Shown here: positions 12,695-25,639 of the stretch, one piece after another
Numbering within the stretch: the first letter of the stretch is position 1
Layout of the letters: each line of letters opens with the position of its first letter
Assembly (NCBI RefSeq): GCF_006345805.1
Contig: NC_042997.1
Coordinates: 33,604,001-33,668,000, forward strand
Length of the DNA: 64,000 nucleotides
Origin: Octopus sinensis
Taxonomy: Eukaryota
Direction of reading: 5' to 3'
Translations under genes and position numbers: made by a program
Notes under the pieces: generated by a model
What the model saw: the letters and a program-made list of their open reading frames with translations, nothing else
Database searches by the model: none
What the model was told of the DNA's origin: nothing

Positions 12695-13115
12695 TTGTTC
12701 TTTACCCCTGCTCCTTTCCTTCATTCTTTCCAGGTCGGTTGTTTTATTATTATGGCTTCATATATTGCCACACCATTAGTTTTACAAAATTCCTCCATAC
12801 AGTAGTTGCAAGATATTATTCTCACACACTTGCAAATTTAAAATGACTGTATGAAGTTTTGGATTCTATTATCTAAATTTGATATAAGTGTCAATTCATA
12901 TTACAGGGAAAACAGCTTACATTGTATATTTTAACTTCAGTTTATTATTTCTGAAAAAAAAAAGAATTTCAACAAAAAAATTTATATTTCAAATTGCAAT
13001 ACTTAAGAAAATACTTTAAAAAAATAGCATAAATAGGTATTAAAAAATATAAACTTATTTCTTGTACAAGATAATTATGAAAACTAATCTTTCAGCCAGT
13101 ATAATGAAGTCTATA

Positions 13116-13493
13116 GTGGAGGCGCAATGGCCCAGTGGTTAGGGCAGCGGACTCGCGGTCATAGGATCGCGGTTTCGATTCCCAGACCGGATGTTGTGAG
13201 TGTTTATTGAGCGAAAACACCTAAAAGCTCCACGAGGCTCCGGCAGGGGATGGTGGTGATCCCTGCTGTACTCTTTCACCACAACTTTCTCTCACTCTTA
13301 CTTCCTGTATCTGTTGTACCTGTATTTCAAGGGGCCGGCCTTGTCACTCTCTGTGTCACGCTGAATATCCCTGAGAACTACGTTAAGGGTGCACGTGTCT
13401 GTGGAGTGCTCAGCCACTTACCCGTTAATTTCACGAGCAGGCTGTTCCGTTGATTCGGATCAACCGGAACCCTCATCGTCGTAACCGACGGAT
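13116..13493 (+). mobile_element. SINE family D (tRNA-Arg-like head)
   Basis: GGCGCAATGGCCCAGTGGTTAGGGCAGCGGACTCGCGG with box A, CTCGCGG anticodon-like loop (TCG) and GGTTTCGATTCCC box B. Copies at 26902 and 35940. Confidence 0.85.
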
Positions 13494-13512
13494 TTACCAT
13501 CCGTTCGTGGAC

Positions 13513-13729
13513 GTTTGCCAGCTCCGTCTGGCACCTGTGCCGGTGGCACGTAAAAAGCACCCACTACACTCACGGAGTGGTTGGTGTTAGGAAGGGCATC
13601 CAGCCGTAGAAACACTGCCAGATCTGACTGGGCCTGATGCGGACTTCCAGCTTCACAGACCCCAGTTGAACCGTCCAACCCATGCTAGCATGGAAAACGG
13701 ACGCTTAATAATGATGATGATGATGATGA
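13513..13729 (+). mobile_element. RTE 3' tail directly following SINE D
   Basis: GTGCCGGTGGCAC unit, conserved tail and (GAT)n. Confidence 0.8.
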
Positions 13730-14021
13730 TTGAAGTCTTAATATCCCTCACTGAAGCAATGAAATAATACTGAAACATGTCCAGATTTGGCTCCACTAAC
13801 TTGACTATTGCTTTTGATGCAGAAAACTGAGTTATTATTATTCACTGGTTTTTAGCTCTTTTAAAACTATATCTAAGAAGTTAGGTAATTCTGCTATCAA
13901 AATTCTAAACCCTCTCTTCTGCCACATACCTCTAATGTTTTTCTCAGAAAATTAAGGGCTTCATATGCATGCCTTTATTTACAAGTATTCGCTCTTTTGC
14001 ATGTTCAATTTGTCATCACAT

Positions 14022-15537
14022 TACTCTTTTACTTGTTTCAGTCATTTTGACTGCGGCCATGCTGGAGCACCGCCTTTAGTCGAGCAAATCGACCCCGGGA
14101 CTTATTCTTTGTAAGCCCAGTACTTATTCTATCGGTCTCTTTTGCCGAACCGCTAAGTGACGGGGACGTAAACACACCAGCATTGGTTGTCAAGCAATGC
14201 TAGGGGGACAAACACAGACACACAAACACACACACACATCATCATCATCATCATCATTTAACGTCTGCTTTCCATGCTAGCATGGGTTGGACGGTTCAAC
14301 TGGGGTCTGGGGAGCCCGAAAGCTGCACCAGTCCAGTCAGATCTGGCAGTGTTTCTACAGCTGGACGCCCTTCCTAATGCCAACCACTCCGAGAGTGTAG
14401 TGGGTGATTTTATGTGCCACCGACACAGGTGCCAGACGAGGCTGGCAAACGGCCACGCTCGGATGGTGTTTTTTATGTGCCACCGACACAGGTGCCAGAC
14501 GAGGCTGGCAGACGGCCACGCTCGGATGGTGTTTTTATGTGCCACCGACACAGGTGCCAGATGAGGCTGGCAAAACGGCCACGATCGGATGGTGCTTGTT
14601 ACGTGCCGACAGCACGGAGGCCAGTCGATGCGGTACTGGCTACGGCCACGTTCGGATGGTTTTCTTGTGTGCCACGCGCCACAAGGATACAAATTCCATT
14701 GATGTTCATCTATTTTGATTTGTTTTGATTTGATTTTCACTTGCCTCAACAGGTCTTCACAAGTGTCACAAGAAGGAAGGTATGCACAGGTGGACTGACT
14801 ACGTCCCAGGTAGGGGCCATGGGTTATGGCCTGACTAGTCTTGCCGGGTCTTCGGATGGTGTTTTTATGTGCCACCGACACAGGTGCTAGATGAGGCTGG
14901 CGAACGGCCACAATCGGATGGGGTTTGTCATGTGCCCACCGCACTGACTACAGCACTGATGGATTTCTTGTGTGCCACAGGCACTGGTACCACAAGATAC
15001 AAATTCCATTGATGTTCATCTATTTGTCTATTTTAGCAGCATAGCCCAGCGTTGCCCGGGTATGTAAGAACCCCTAGTAGGCAACGACTTGCGGCTGCAG
15101 CTGCGATTAGCAGAGGTATGCTAAGGTTATGTTGTCTGGTCATGTTTTCTCTCGTTGACTGCTTGAAGTGGCGGAATTTATAAATTTTTTTCAGAACTGG
15201 GGGAACTTTTCAAAATTTTCGCTGCGTTAGTTTTGAATTATGACATTGGGCTATGTGTGTGTCAAGTTTCATCAGAATCGGTTGAAAGCCATGGTCAGGG
15301 TGAGGGTACAACCTGACAGACACACAGACAGACAACTTGCCTTTTATATAGAGAGAAGATATATACATATATACGACAGGCTTCTTTCAGTTTCCGTCTA
15401 CCAAATCCACTCACAAGGCATTGGTCGGCCCGGGGCTATAGCAGAAGACACTTGCCCAAGATGCCACGCAGTGGGACTGAACCCGGAACCATGTGGTTGG
15501 TTAGCAAGCTACTTACCACACAGCCACTCCTGTGCCT
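14022..15537 (-). mobile_element. SINE A split at its internal microsatellite by an RTE 3' end (14239-15025) and a Helitron (15033-15359)
   Basis: SINE halves 14022-14238 and 15360-15537 rejoin into a full family A copy. The RTE piece contains the ORF end (KTRQD*). The Helitron has a TC 5' end and a CCCGGGCAACGCTGGG 3' hairpin on the minus strand. Confidence 0.82.
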
Positions 15538-16042
15538 ACTTTTTTTCCATATAAAGATTACATACGACTGCCTAAATGTGTCGTTATCAATGTGAATCAA
15601 GTAGGTTTCCATGTCTTAAGTCCATGTTTAACATTCAGAAAACTTCTCTCGTAGCGGTTTGTGTGCAAATTCAAATCATCCACAGGCTTCTTCACATTAC
15701 AAACCATATCTTTGTGCATGTGCACATATAAGCATGCATATACATATATGTGTGTGTATGCATGTGTATACACATACAAACACACACGATACATTTATTA
15801 GATCAAAAGTGTAGCTGTCAACTGAGTTGGACGACATTAAGTTCTAATATAAGATAATGTATGCACTATGAAAAAATATAGTTTAAATACATTTTGAGGC
15901 TTCTTTCAGTTTCCATCGACCAAATTCACACACAAGGCTTTGGTTGGCCTGGAACTATAGAAGAGAAAACATTTGCCCCCAAGGTGCCACACAAAGGATT
16001 GAACTCAAAACCACACAGTCTTCTTAACCCCAGTCTTCTTAA

Positions 16043-16272
16043 GGTGGCGAGCTGGCAGAATCGTTAGCACGCCGGGCGAAATGCTCAGCAGTATTTCGTC
16101 TGTCGCTACGTTCTGAGTTCAAATTCCGCCGAGGTCGACTTTGCCTTTCATCCTTTCGGGGTCGATTAAATAAGTACCAGTTACGCACTGGGGTCAATAT
16201 AATCAACTTAATCTGTTTGTCTGTCCTTGTTTGTCCTCTCTGTATTTAGCTCCTTGTGGGTAGTAAAGAAAT
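16043..16272 (+). mobile_element. SINE family B inserted in a diverged A-type SINE
   Basis: Full B copy flanked by an AGTCTTCTTAA duplication. Confidence 0.85.
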
Positions 16273-16438
16273 AGTCTTCTTAACCCCATAACTGTGTGAG
16301 TGTGTGAGAGACAGAAAGAGAGAGGCATCCATACAGATTCTCGGCCACATTGCATTAATTAACCTGAAGGACCAGTAGAAGACACCCTTGGTATAATGCA
16401 GTGGGCGGAACCCAAGACCACATGGTTACAAAATATCT

Positions 16439-16465
<27 letters not shown>

Positions 16466-16469
<4 letters not shown>

Positions 16470-16684
16470 AGGGATGCTGAAAAGTTCCTGGCTTTGGATA
16501 AGAGAAAATACAAGAGGATCAATTAATTAGGATTTTAATCAACATATTCCCCTCTCAGATTCACACACTTATTGCAATGGGTCCTTCAGTTTTTCTAAGC
16601 CCTATAAAAGAACACAGAAGGTTGGGCCTCCAAGCAAGTCTTTTGTGTTACCCTTAAAGCCAGGAACTTTTCAGAACCACCTCA
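16466..16684. mobile_element. Mariner-type MITE
   Basis: Terminal inverted repeats with a perfect 19-bp core CTGAAAAGTTCCTGGCTTT / AAAGCCAGGAACTTTTCAG. Confidence 0.7.
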
Positions 16685-16685
16685 T

Positions 16686-16689
16686 GGGT

Positions 16690-16738
<49 letters not shown>

Positions 16739-16787
16739 AGTGTGTGTGAGTGTGTGTGTGTGTGTGTGTGAGAGTGTGTGTGTGTGC
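16686..16787. repeat. (TG)n/(AG) compound microsatellite
   Basis: Direct observation. Confidence 0.95.
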
Positions 16788-18813
16788 ACATGCACACATA
16801 TAAATCTCAAATGATTGTTGCACCCCAAGAAATCTTTACTGGTGCCGAATGATAAAATATTAAAAATGAAAACCAATTATTTCATTTAAATATAAAAAAC
16901 AAAAAACCAATCTATATAATCAGCAAATTTTCCGAGTAATAAAAAGGCAGAAAAAGTATGCTACCAGGCGATAAAAACTTGACTTCTACAACACCCAGAT
17001 CTATTGTGTATGAGATAGGAGGCAAAAGTTAATTACTATCCACAGTATAAAAGAAAATTGCAGATGAGACAAAAAATGTGTGTATGTGTATATATATATA
17101 TATATATATAATCATCTTCACTCAGTTCTCTTATATACACGCAAATATATTTTCACCATATTAAACTAGTAGCTTAAGAACATAAAATTCATTAAAATGT
17201 AATTGTCAAATCATTAACCATGAAATTAGTATTTTTTTTTCCTTTTAGCAAGCATACAATGAAGCAACTGATCACCTAAGCAGGTGGTCTTGCAGAAATA
17301 TTCATAAATATTCATACTATCCTCTCTATGCAGAACACCAATTAGTTTTCCATTCTTGCCATATTTACTTTCTTTTGCTTCTTAAAGCATCTTTTTAATT
17401 CCACATCATAAGACTATAGATGCTGTAGGGCTCTGAACAAAATACTTTGTAGAGTATTTATCCGTGACCCCCATATTTCCTTGAGTTCAAATTCTTTGAT
17501 TAGAATTGCAAAAGAGATTCTTCAAGCTGAGCCAACCAACAAGAAGACCTGACCTAGGGGTAATCCAAGTACAAGATGGTTGGATAATATCCATAATCAC
17601 AGTTGGTCATGCTTTAGATTCTAGTTGGAAAGCATAATGACACTTGCTTCTGATAGGACTCTACCCCAACAACCCTCTCAAGAATAATGAGTGACAAAGA
17701 TAGCTAGATGGATGGAAATTCCACTAAGGTTACACCCAGCTCTTTGAAGTTGAGAAAATAATTAGCAGTAACACTAGGTTCAATTCCATTATTTATATAT
17801 ATCTCCCCTACAATTTGTGTCCATCTGCTATTGTGTGAAGTGTTATATCAAATTTCCCCACATTAGAAAGAGAAGTTTATTTTATACATTTGCAGATTTC
17901 AATGCTCCTATATAGTATTGGATGTTTCTATCGGTTTATAAGATTTTAGATTTCAAGACTAAGAACCCCATCTCCAAAGACAAAAATATTTTCTAATATC
18001 TTACATTTACACTGATTCTATCAGTTTGATGTCCAATTATCAAGATTCTTATTTCCAAATGTGTATGTACAATTAGACTGGATTTGAGAAAAGAATTTTT
18101 ATTTCTAAATTAAGGGTAGTAATTCTTTCTAATTTTTGGCACATCAACCTTAGTACTCGACAAGTACTTCACTTTCTTGTCTCTGAAAATATAAAAAGCA
18201 AAGCTGACCTCAGCAGAATCTAAACTGAGAATGCTAGGAGCTAGGAGAAACGTCACCAAGCATTTTGTCCAGTACATGCTAACAAGGGTTATAATAAAAC
18301 TCTTTTCCACAGAACCAAAGATGTAGTCTCTGATGACCTGACATACCAATGGATAAAGCAAAGAAGCGGAAATAGTGCAAATTAAGAACTAATGAAAACA
18401 CACTCTACATCTTTTAATGTTTCTATGTTAAAATCTCACAGGCACTATCAATAAGTGATCAATGAAAAAAAAAAGTAGCAATAAGATACTAAAATCAATT
18501 TAATCAATTAGATAACATTCTCTTACAAGTACCAAAAAAACTTTTATGTAGAAATAATGCAATCATCAACAATTTGCTTTGCCTATTTCACCAAACAGAA
18601 GTTGCCCAAAAAAATAATTTTGTTTTTTTTTTCTCTCCCCCAATGACTTCTAAATCTTTTAAACAATTACTATTAATGTATGAATAGCTAAAACAGTTTC
18701 ATTTCAACAAGAATTACCAATGGCAACTGAAGTTTGACAGTTCTTAGAATCACCAATATTGAACTGTCCTCTTAGCATGTGTAATGATGTTACGGAGCTC
18801 TAGCTAACCCTGC

Positions 18814-19042
18814 TTAACCCTTTAGCATTTAAACCGGCCATATCCGGCCAAAAGTATTCTGCCTGTTTTATGTTCAAACTGGCCAGATCTGGTCTCTCCC
18901 ACCAACCCTACAATATCGTTTTAAAAATTAACAGCTACCTCATCAAAATCTCATAGCTACAAGATAATGCATGATTAGTTCAAAACAATGGGGATAAAAA
19001 AGCATTAATTTTGGCAGAATAATGCGAATACTAAAGGGTTAA
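18814..19042 (+). mobile_element. piggyBac-like MITE, second family
   Basis: TTAA|CCCTTTAG...CTAAAGGG|TTAA. Confidence 0.82.
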
Positions 19043-19885
19043 ACAGGTCTATAGCATAGGGTCAGTCAATTGAATATTCGTGTTCTTATATCCAAGCATT
19101 TCAAAAATTTAACAAATGTTTCTGCTCAGACTCTCTAGTGTCTTAAATTAACCATCTGCAGAGTTATAACCAGAACAAACAAGCCAATCTCATAATTAGT
19201 AATGTGAAACTGGACAAAATTTGGATCACAGGTGACACACAGAGATAGCACTAAGTACTCCAACGTGGTCTTGGAATAAAAACAGAATAGACACAATTAT
19301 TCTGTTGTCTTTAGTTGAAATTAGACTAACTGATGCTAATCTTATTTCCTGGTTTAGACAGCTGAAATCTGGTGCATTCATTGTCATTTAACATCTGTTT
19401 TCCAGGCTGGCATGGAAATTTGCATAAATCATCCAACCTATCCTTACAATAATAAGACTATGAAAATTCTTGGAGGTGTACGGTGAGGATGGGTGAATTG
19501 GTTGAATAAAAGATAATGTGAGAATGTCTTTTTTATCATGAGCCAAGCCCACGATTATAGTACAATACATAAGTTGCTGTCATTCACAAGGAGAACAGTC
19601 TTGACATATGATATCTTTTTCTAATAAGTGGAGCAGAACTGCAAGGGTTTGAGCATAAAGCATATCAATAAGCTAGAAGCTATTGAAGCCAGTAGTACAG
19701 CATTCTGTCTATATAATCAGCTACGACACTAGAGAAGAGACTAACCATGACTGTAGAATATCATACTATCTGTTTTACAGTCTGTTGTTAATCTAGCTAA
19801 GAAATTCTCTTGACAGGAAATAAGGCAAGAACAGTAGTGAAACCTGTTTACAAGACAGATTATAACTGCCTGGCAATTAGAGATT

Positions 19886-20111
19886 TTAACCCTTTAGTGT
19901 TCGCATTATTCTGCCAAAATTAATCCTTTTTTATCCACATTGTTTTGAAGTAATCATGCACTATCTTGTAACTATGAGATTTTGATGAGGTAGCTGTTAA
20001 TTTTTCAAATATTGTAGGGTTGGTGTGAGAGACCAGATCTGGCCAGTTTGAACATAAAACAGGCAGAATACTTTTGGCTAGATAAGGCCGGTTTAAATGC
20101 TAAAGGGTTAA
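19886..20111 (-). mobile_element. piggyBac-like MITE, inverted relative to 18814-19042
   Basis: TTAA termini; reverse complement of the 18814 copy. A further partial copy lies near 27830-28005. Confidence 0.82.
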
Positions 20112-20531
20112 ACAGTTTATATAAGACTTGCCTTCCTTGACAAGAGGAAGTGAACTGAATGGGTGTGATTAGGACAGTAAAGACTGTTAATCCTAATTAA
20201 TCCTAATTGTGCCCAGCAAAAGTAACAGATGTCCAAAAACTGGATGCTTTACTATATTTCATTTGATACCTCAAAGTTCTGAGTTCAAATCCCACTAGCA
20301 TCCTTGAAAAAAAAAAAAAATCAATAATTGACCAGGTTCAACTTAATGAAGTATATGGCTCCTCTTTAAACTTGACCTTGTGTTTGGTTAAAATAAATCA
20401 TTAGTCATATCTAAACAGAAAAGGTATTACATTATTCTATTAATAGCTTAGAGGGGTGCTACTGGATAAAAAGTGTGAAAGAAACAAGCAAGATTAAGGT
20501 AATAAATAACATTAACAGTTGATAACTTGCT

Positions 20532-20930
20532 AGGCGTAGGAGTGGCTGTGTGGTAAGTAGCTTGCTTACGAAACACATGGTTCTGGGTTCAGTCCCACTG
20601 CATGGCACCTTGGGCAAGTGTCTTCTACTATAGCCTCAGGCTGACCGAAGCCTTGTGGATTTGGTAGACGGAAACTGAAAGAAGCCCATCGTATATATGT
20701 ATATGTGTGTGTGTGTATGTTTGTGTGTGTGTGTTTGTCCCCCCAACATCGCTTGACAACCGATGCTGGTGTGTTTACGTTCCCGTAACTTAGCGGTTTG
20801 GCAAAAGAGACCGATAAAATAAGTACTAGGCTTACAGAGAATAAGTCCTGGGGTCGATTTGCTCGACTCAAGGCGGTGCTCCAGCATGGCCACAGTCAAA
20901 TAACTGAAACAAGTAAAAGAGTAAGAGTTA
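20532..20930 (+). mobile_element. SINE family A
   Basis: Full head-core-tail structure. Confidence 0.88.
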
Positions 20931-21390
20931 AGAGAGTGTTATTGATTATAAGCCAGAGATTGAAGGCTTGCTTTTCAGATAGGTGTCTTCCAATTTTTTT
21001 TACTTACTGCTTTGTGCTTTTATAATTTATCCAAACTATACAACAGGTTAACTTTTCAAAAACAGATCACAGAATATACATTTGCAGGTTGATCAAAGCA
21101 GACTCGAATAGGCTAGCAATGACAATGAGATCTGGTAAGACCAAGATATGTCTGTCTGTAGCTGCCACCTTGCCTGGAAACAAAATTCAGATTTTCCCTA
21201 AACATGAAACTTTTGTAAAATAATCCAATAGTTCCTTAAATCCTTAAAAATCCTTAAAAATGTTTTAGCACGAAGGCCGCGGCCATGCTGGGGCACCACC
21301 GTTGCTGACAATTATTACATGGTTTTCATTTTCTCCAGCTAAGAGCGAAATTTCAAATAAGAAATTTTTGCGTACATCATTCAGTTAGTA

Positions 21391-21618
21391 CATCATCATC
21401 TAACATCCACTTTTCCATGTTTGCAAGGGTCAAATGGAACTTCTTGAGGAAGAAATCCTGGATGCCAGCCCCCACCTTTTTCCAAAGAAGGTAATATTTC
21501 CTGTGGCCAAACATATTTTTCACATAAAACTGGAGATGAACAACATCACTGGTGTGATTGCGATATTCATTAACACCCATCACATGATGTCAAGACAATG
21601 GTATACACACACACATAT

Positions 21619-21650
<32 letters not shown>

Positions 21651-21814
21651 CACAATGGACTACTATCAGTTTCCATCTACCAAATTCCATTCACAAGGCT
21701 TTAGTCAACACAGGACTATAACAGAAAACACTTACCTAAAGTGCCATGTAGTGGGACTGAAAGACCACATGGCTGGGTAGCGAACTTTTTAGCCACACAG
21801 CCATACCTGCACCT
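21391..21814 (-). mobile_element. SINE family H (A-like head, different tail ending in (GAT)n)
   Basis: Head and core resemble family A; the tail is shared with 35326-35717 and 43268-43985. Confidence 0.65.
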
Positions 21815-21888
21815 ATTTGATTATTTACCAAAATTAATGCCAATGTAGAAGCATCTACAGTTACTCAACAAGCCAGAAAAATTATTTT

Positions 21889-22370
21889 CATTATTTACAT
21901 TTGATGGATATGTGTCCTCATCTTGTTTGTTGTTAACACAACGTTTTGGCTGATATACCCTCCAGCCTTCATCAGGTGTCTTGGGGAAATTTCAAACCAG
22001 GGTTCTCATTCCTAAGGTATTTCTCGATATTATTAATGTTATGATTATTGTTATTATTATTATTATTCAGGTCAGTGCTTGGGATCGAACTCAGAATCTT
22101 GGGGTTAGTAGCCAGCACTCTTAACCATTACACCATATGTCCATGGTTAAGAGCACAGGCTACTGACCCCAAGATTCCAAGTTTGATTCTAGGCAGTGAC
22201 CTAAATAATAATAATAATAATAATAATTACATTGAAAAATACCTTAGGAATGAGAACCCAGGTTCGAAATTTCTCCAAGATACCTTATGAAGGCTGGAGG
22301 GTTTATCAGCCGAAACGTTGTGTTAACAACAAACAAGATGAGGACAAATATCTGTCAAATGTAAATAATG
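21889..22370. mobile_element. Palindromic element: two divergent arms, each a tRNA-like head + (AAT)n + Penelope-type tail with a hammerhead-like motif
   Basis: 21889-22129 is the reverse complement of 22143-22370. Left-arm boxes are TGGTGTAATGG and GTTCGATCC. The motif, combined from both arms, is GACAC-CTGATGA-A-GGCTG..CAGCC-GAAAC-GTT-GTGTT. Confidence 0.75.
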
Positions 22371-24865
22371 TACATAATTCCTCATCTCTTAAATATAGAA
22401 CTGTATGCCAGAAAAAATAAACCTTCTTCAAATTAAATATTACTATCTCAGGAAAGGATAGAGCATGATGTTTAGTGCACTATGTCTAGGAAAAAGAGCT
22501 GATCACAGCTAGAATGCCTTTGGTTAGGGCTCACTTGTGGCTAAGTAACATTACACAGAAGCAAGTGCAGTAACATAAATAATCATCATCATTCTTTAAC
22601 AGCCATTTTCCATGCTGACATGGGTTGGACATTTTGGCCAGAGCTGGGAAGCTGGAGAGCTACACCAGGATCCAGTCTGATTTGGTCTGGTTTCTATGGC
22701 TGGATGGCCTTCCTAATGCCAACCACTTTACAATGTGTGTTGGGTGCCTTTAACATGTCACTGGTACAAGCTCTTTTATGTGGCACCAGAACTAGTGCTT
22801 TTTATATGGCACTGGCACAGGACTCTTGCAAGCCAATCCTCTTCACCAGGCGAATCGGCTTTAACATTTCTGCTGGACTAGTCTTCTTGAGTAAGAAAGG
22901 AAGTAAATGAAAACATCCAATGTCAAATAGGAATAAAAACAGACAGACATAAACTAAGTTGACAAGCATCCTAAGAAGGGCAGATTAAGAAAACTTCAGG
23001 GAGAAATTTCATTGTAATTGTTGGAATGTAAATATTACTCTAGAGAGAAAAATATTTTAAATAACATCAAGTTGAAATAAGAAAAAAACAATAAAAAAAT
23101 GTTTTGTTTTAGTTTTAAGAAAATATAAGCTGTTCTGGCAACGATCAGTGAGATGTCAAAAAAAAAAAAAAAAATCTATAAAGGTTACAAGACTGGCTGC
23201 TTTGCTAAACTGGTAAAATACTAGGAAATCATTTTCATTATGCAAGTAATGAAATATGTATTTTCCAAGAAAAAAGTACAAAGGCTGTTAAGAATGACTG
23301 AGTCCAACAACTCACTTTGTACATTCAATACCTTATATTATTTCATTATTTCAGGAAAGAAAGGATTCCAGGATATATGCAAGAGAAGAAATGAGGTGGG
23401 ACATGGATGGTTTGGTTTTGCCAAGGGCAGAACAACTGGGAAATTTACTTTTTGCTGTTCAAGTCCCACAAATTATATTTAATCAGTCTCATTATTTCTG
23501 CCAGATCAAGACTGGAGCCTGGTGCAGCAATCTGGTTTGTCAGCCCTCAGTCAAAATTGTCCAACCAAGCTAGCATGGAAAGCGGACATTAACCATTACT
23601 GTCATATCTATATCATTTTGTCCTTTTTTTGTACAGCTGGTTGTCACTTGTGAGTGAGTGTAGCTTGGGAGCATATACCATGCTTTCAATAATTATTGTA
23701 GGTGATCATACAGTCACAAGCAGAGACAGACAGTCAGCACCACCCTCCCCCACCTCCAGCCTTGACCTAGCAGAATATGCAGGATGTGAAAGCTAGAAGG
23801 AGAGAGATCTATACCAGCATCCAGCTGGTACAAATTACAGTTGAGTAATCTGGTGTAATTTGAAATGAAGTACTTTGGTCAAGGATACATACTGTCTGGC
23901 CCAGGAACTGAACCCACAACCAAATGCTGATAAATCAAACATTTTAACTATCAGGTCACAAGAATGTCCCCAATCAAAAACACATCTTGATAATTCTTTT
24001 ACAGTTAATTCCTGCTTACTCTTTGGACCGTGGCATGTTGGAGCACCCTCTTCAAAAGTGTAATCAATTCTATCAACCACAGTACTTTGTAACCATTATA
24101 TAAATCTTAGAAGAAAAAAAACGGAAAGCAAAATCATCAGGTGAAAAGGGAAGCAACTGAGAGGCATTGAAATATCACAAAGCACTTTTATTCAACACTC
24201 AGTATTTTGCTATTCCATGCTATTGGACATGCATAAATACACGCATAATTGAGTGGTTAAAAAGTTCATTTCATAATCATGAGATCCCACAACTTGGCAC
24301 TTTTGGCAAGATTTTTTAAACCATAAGGTGAAATCAACCAAAGCCTTGTCAGTGAAATTGGGTAGATGGAAACTGTGTCGAAGCCCATCAGATGGAGTGT
24401 ATCTGTAATTCAAGTTAGAAACTTGTCGCACATTGTGATACACTGATTTTATCAGAGAATTATATTACATGCCATTGTCCTCGGCATTATTATCATTATT
24501 TAACATCCATTTTCCATGCTGGCATAGATTGGACAGTTTGACAGGAGCTGGCAAGCCAGAAGACTGCACCAAGCTTTACTGTCTGCTTTACACAGCTAAT
24601 TAACATGTTCGTTAAATATGCAGGTAGTTCTGTAGACCAAACAACTGACTGCTCATCATTTTAACTGACAGAGAAGACATCAGAAGCACACACACACACA
24701 CACACACATACACATCTGTCATTTCTGTAAATCAAATGTCATTTTATTTCCCACAGCTTTGACCAACCCATAGTTTTCACAGGAGACAATAACCTACACA
24801 GTAGAGTCAAACTCAGGAACAAGTAACTGCAAAGTGCATACCTAACCATGCAACAATGCCTGCAG

Positions 24866-25275
24866 CCATCATCATCATTTAACGTCCGCTTTCCATGCTG
24901 GCATGGGTTGGACGATTCAACTGGGGTCTGGGAAGCCAGAAGGCAATGTTTCTACGGCTGGATGCTCTTCCTAACGCCAACCACTCCGTGAGTGTAGTGG
25001 GTGCTTTTTACGTGCCACCGGCACGGGGACCAGACGAAGCTGGCAACGGCCACGGTCGGATGGTGCTTTTTACGTGCCACCGGCAAGGAGGCCAGTCAGG
25101 CGGCGCTGGCTACGGCCCATCATCATTTAATGTCCGCTTTCCATGATGGCATGGGTTAGTGGGTTTGACTGGAACTGGTAAGCCGGAAAGCTGCACCAGG
25201 TTTCAGTCTGATTTGGCAAGGTTTCTACAGCTGGATACCCTTCCTAATGCCAACCACTCAAAGAGTGTAATGGGT
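24866..25275 (-). mobile_element. Two adjacent RTE 3' tail copies
   Basis: (CAT)n-led tails start at ~24866 and ~25119. Confidence 0.75.
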
Positions 25276-25639
25276 TACATATCTTTCCATGCATGAATAT
25301 TATGAAGCACAATGGCTGTAAACTGAATTATTAACTGAAATATCACACTAAGTTCAAATCTTACTACAGCCTTCATGACAAGCTCCTAAACAAGGCACAT
25401 TTATCTCTTTGCTTCAGTGTGGCCTAGTTGTGGAAAAATAAATAAATAAACAGGTTTCATTTCTCTTTTTTTTTGGATGGTTGAATAATTAGCAATAGAC
25501 AGGATAAGAGCCAGAGTTGTTTTGTTTATTTTTCACGTTCATTTCAATATTTAAAGGAAAATAGTTTTCCGAATTTGATGAAGGGCCCTGCTTAAGTCAA
25601 AACTTTCTTCTTCCCCCACAGCAGAGAGGTAATTGAAAA

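Noticed and set aside
13116-13190. Possible tRNA-Arg gene (similar heads at 22067-22142, 26902, 35940)
   Set aside because: No complete acceptor stem, and each head runs straight into a repeated body; these are SINE heads.
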